Below, piece after piece: positions 61,333 to 64,000 of a stretch of 64,000 nt of DNA. The notes below the pieces were generated by a model, which ran no database searches, was not told where the DNA came from, and saw nothing but the letters and a program-made list of their open reading frames with translations. Source of the stretch: Malacoraja senta (lineage: Eukaryota); NCBI GenBank assembly GCA_038087875.1, contig CM075988.1, forward strand, positions 14,510,001-14,574,000, in the 5' to 3' direction. Made by a program: the position numbers and the translations under genes. Within the stretch, counting starts at the first letter, position 1; each line of letters starts with the position of its first letter.

Positions 61333-61682
61333 GATCCTTAAGGGATTGGACAGACTAGATGCAGGAAAAATGTTCCCGATGTTGGGGGAGTCCAGAACCA
61401 GGGGTTACAGTTTAAGAATAAGGGGTAGAGATGAGTAAATATTTTTTCACCCAGAGAGTTGTGAATCTGTGGAATTCTCTGCCATAGAAGGCAGTGGAGG
61501 CCAATTCACTAGAAGTTTTCAAGAGATAGGTAGATATAGCTCTCAGGGCTAACGGAATCAAGAGATATGGGGAGAAAGCAGGAACGGGACATTGATTTTG
61601 GATGATCAGCCATGATCATATTGAATGGTAGTGCTGGCTCGGAGGGCCGAATGGCCTACTCCTGCACCTATTTTCTATGTTT
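61333..61682 (+). mobile_element. CR1 LINE 3' fragment inserted in a PLE tail (61264-61760)
   Basis: ILKGLDRLDAGKMFPMLGESRTRG; the PLE tail resumes at ~61727 (tgacccactgagatactccagc). Confidence 0.88.
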
Positions 61683-61778
61683 AGACAATAGACAATAGAT
61701 AATAGGTGCAGGAGTAGGCCACTCTATGACCCACTGAGATACTCCAGCATTTTGTGTCCATAAACAGTGAGAAACCTT

Positions 61779-62190
61779 TCAAAGTCAAAGTCAATTTTAT
61801 TCGTCACATGCACATAAATGTGCAGTGAAACGAATTTGCCAGCAGCGATACACTTAAAAAGAACACACAATACACAATAAGATTTAACACAAACATCCAC
61901 CACAGCATTCTTCACTGTGGTGGAAGGCACAAAATTCAGCCAGTCCTCCTCCTTTGTTCACCCGTGGTCAGGGCCATGAACCCTCTGTAGTCGCTGCTAC
62001 GGACGGCCTGATGTACAGGCCCTCTCATCGGGATGATCCAAACTCCGACGTCGAGACGGTCGAACACACTCCATGGCTTGGAGCGCCCGAATCGGCACTT
62101 TCTTACTGGAGACCGCGGCTTCAGAATGTTATAGGCCGCAGGCCGGCGGTCGGAGCTCTTCTCTAGCGATCCTCGGCAAGGGATCTCAGA
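61779..62190 (-). mobile_element. Retroelement 3' part with (GACTTT)n tail, CpG-rich
   Basis: tcaaagtcaaagtcaattttattcgtcacatg...cagtgaaacgaa resembles the other LINE tails in reverse. Confidence 0.5.
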
Positions 62191-63132
62191 CTCCTCTGAG
62201 CAGAGAAATCTGTAACCAGAGAGCGTAGGTTTAAGGTAAAGGAAAAGGAACCTAGTTAGGATTGGAATAAATGTTTATACGTGGAAGGTGGTTGAAATCT
62301 GTGTTGCACTGCTGGAAGGTGTTGGAGCTTGGCACTCTCACACATTATGGCATATTTAGGTGATCACTTGACATGCCGAACATAGAAATCAGTGTTGATA
62401 AATGGAATTAGTATAGAGAGTACTCAATGGCCACCAGCACACGGTGGGCGAAATGGCCAATTTCCATGACTCATTTAGTTTATTTGAAGTCAGACAACCA
62501 GGCCAACGGAGCAAGGCTGGGAGGGCAGGCAAATGATAGCGGATAGATGCAGCAAAACCCTGACGGTGCTTGAGTTTATGAAAAGCATTAAGAATAGCGG
62601 TCTGCTCATTATATATACGTGGCTATAATCTCCTTATATCTCCAGGAATTTTCATTCTCATTGAAAGATGAGCCAGGAGCAAAGATCACTTCTGCTGAGG
62701 AGGTGGAAATAAGTTGTCTTGCTGATAGAATAGATTTCGGATTAAAGCCGAGCTCTGGATTGAACAACATGCCAACTTCCATACAGCTTGTTTAGCTTCA
62801 GTGATAAAGCAGCAGAACTTCCAAGACTACTTAATAGGATGACTTTGCTCTTCCCGATATTCTTCGAAACAAATGATTATGAGCTAATGTCAGTCACATG
62901 GTCCAATGGTGAGCATTGTGTGAACATTACCTGGGTAAACCGCAGAGCAAGAAATGTGTGTTTATATCCAGGGAATAGACTCTAATCAATCGCTTCCTTA
63001 TACATAGGGGCACGGTTCTTTAAAAGTCCAAGCAATAGATGCTACATGACTACAGAAAGGTGCCTTGAAAAGATAGCATCTCCAGCACAATTCCCAGGCT
63101 ATAGAAATTTCCCACAGATATCCAGAGAATTA

Positions 63133-63472
63133 GGGGCAGCACACGGTGGTGCAGAGGTTGAGCGGTTGCCTTACTGCGCCTGAGACCAGGATTCGATCCT
63201 GACTACAGGAGCTGTCTGTTTGGAATTTGTACGTTCTCCCTGTGACACGGAGGCTTTCCTGGGTACTCCGGTTTCCTCCCACACTCCAAAGACGTGCAGG
63301 TTTGTAGGTTAATTAGCTTCGCTAAAGATTGTAAATTATCCCTAGTGTGTCGGATAGTGCTAGTGTTTGGAGATTGCTGGTTGATGCAGACACGGTGGGC
63401 CAAAGGGCCCTTTTCGGCATTGTATCTCGAAACTAAACTAAACTAAACTAAACTAAACTAAACTAAACTAAA
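63133..63472 (+). mobile_element. tRNA-derived SINE (HE1/V-SINE-like) with long (CTAAA)n tail
   Basis: Head, core and tail. Confidence 0.9.
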
Positions 63473-63714
63473 CCCACTTAGTCCTTCATGGTAAAGCCTC
63501 TTACGCCCCTCAAAACTAAAACACTCTTTTGAAATGGACATTTTGCTCAAGACACAAGATTAAAAAAATACCATTACTGCCACCGAAACCAATTAACAGA
63601 ATGGTTAACATGAGCATTACCAACCTCAGAACTATGTAATGTTCAGCATCATCAACCATTCCCAAAAGCTGATATTACATTGTCTTTAATCTGGCAAGCA
63701 CCTTTATTAACGAG

Positions 63715-63875
63715 AGAAAGAATAGGCGGCATTTAGGGTTGGAACCGTTCTTCAATTGAATTGACACAAAACTTCACTTATTCCTTTTCTCCAGAGACGC
63801 TGCCTGACCCGCAGTGATTCAAGCATTTTGTGTCTATCTTCGGTATGAGCCAGCATCTGCAGTTCATTCCTACAT
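63715..63875. mobile_element. Penelope-derived fragment, partly palindromic
   Basis: Shared PLE tail at 63770-63875 with a short inverted arm before it. Confidence 0.7.
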
Positions 63876-64000
63876 CTTTATTAATTGACGGCTGTACAAC
63901 AACTGCACAATCCAGGGCCCATCAGGACACTTGGACTTCAAGGTACTTGAATGAGTAGAGGGATGTGGTAATACGCAAGTGGGATTAGGATGGATAAAAA

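Overview
Repeat-rich vertebrate genomic DNA, most likely from a cartilaginous fish (skate or ray), inferred from its HE1/V-SINE-like SINEs, CR1 LINEs and Penelope-like elements. One host gene is recognisable: coding exon 1 of IGSF9B on the minus strand (40137-40074, MIWYVATLLAGVISTRGSAAQ|G, donor GTTAGT), inside a CpG-rich promoter region (~38100-40970). I could not find exon 2, so 1-40073 is probably intron 1 and 41000-64000 is upstream intergenic DNA. Most ORFs in the supplied track are transposon fragments or noise. The strongest leads are five. (1) A 2.36-kb TIR transposon with a 7-bp TSD carries an intact exon-like ORF that resembles a Spindlin (Spin/Ssty) Tudor domain. (2) Many Penelope-like ends carry a minimal hammerhead-ribozyme motif with YNCG tetraloop variation. 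(3) There is a candidate alternative phase-1 first exon of IGSF9B without a signal peptide, and a uORF-dense 5' leader. (4) Two related PIF/Harbinger elements are present, one retaining remnants of both ORFs. (5) A U1 snRNA copy abuts a SINE, and there are several long foldback hairpins. All family assignments come from motif recognition by eye and from remembered reference sequences; no searches were run, and repeat boundaries are approximate.
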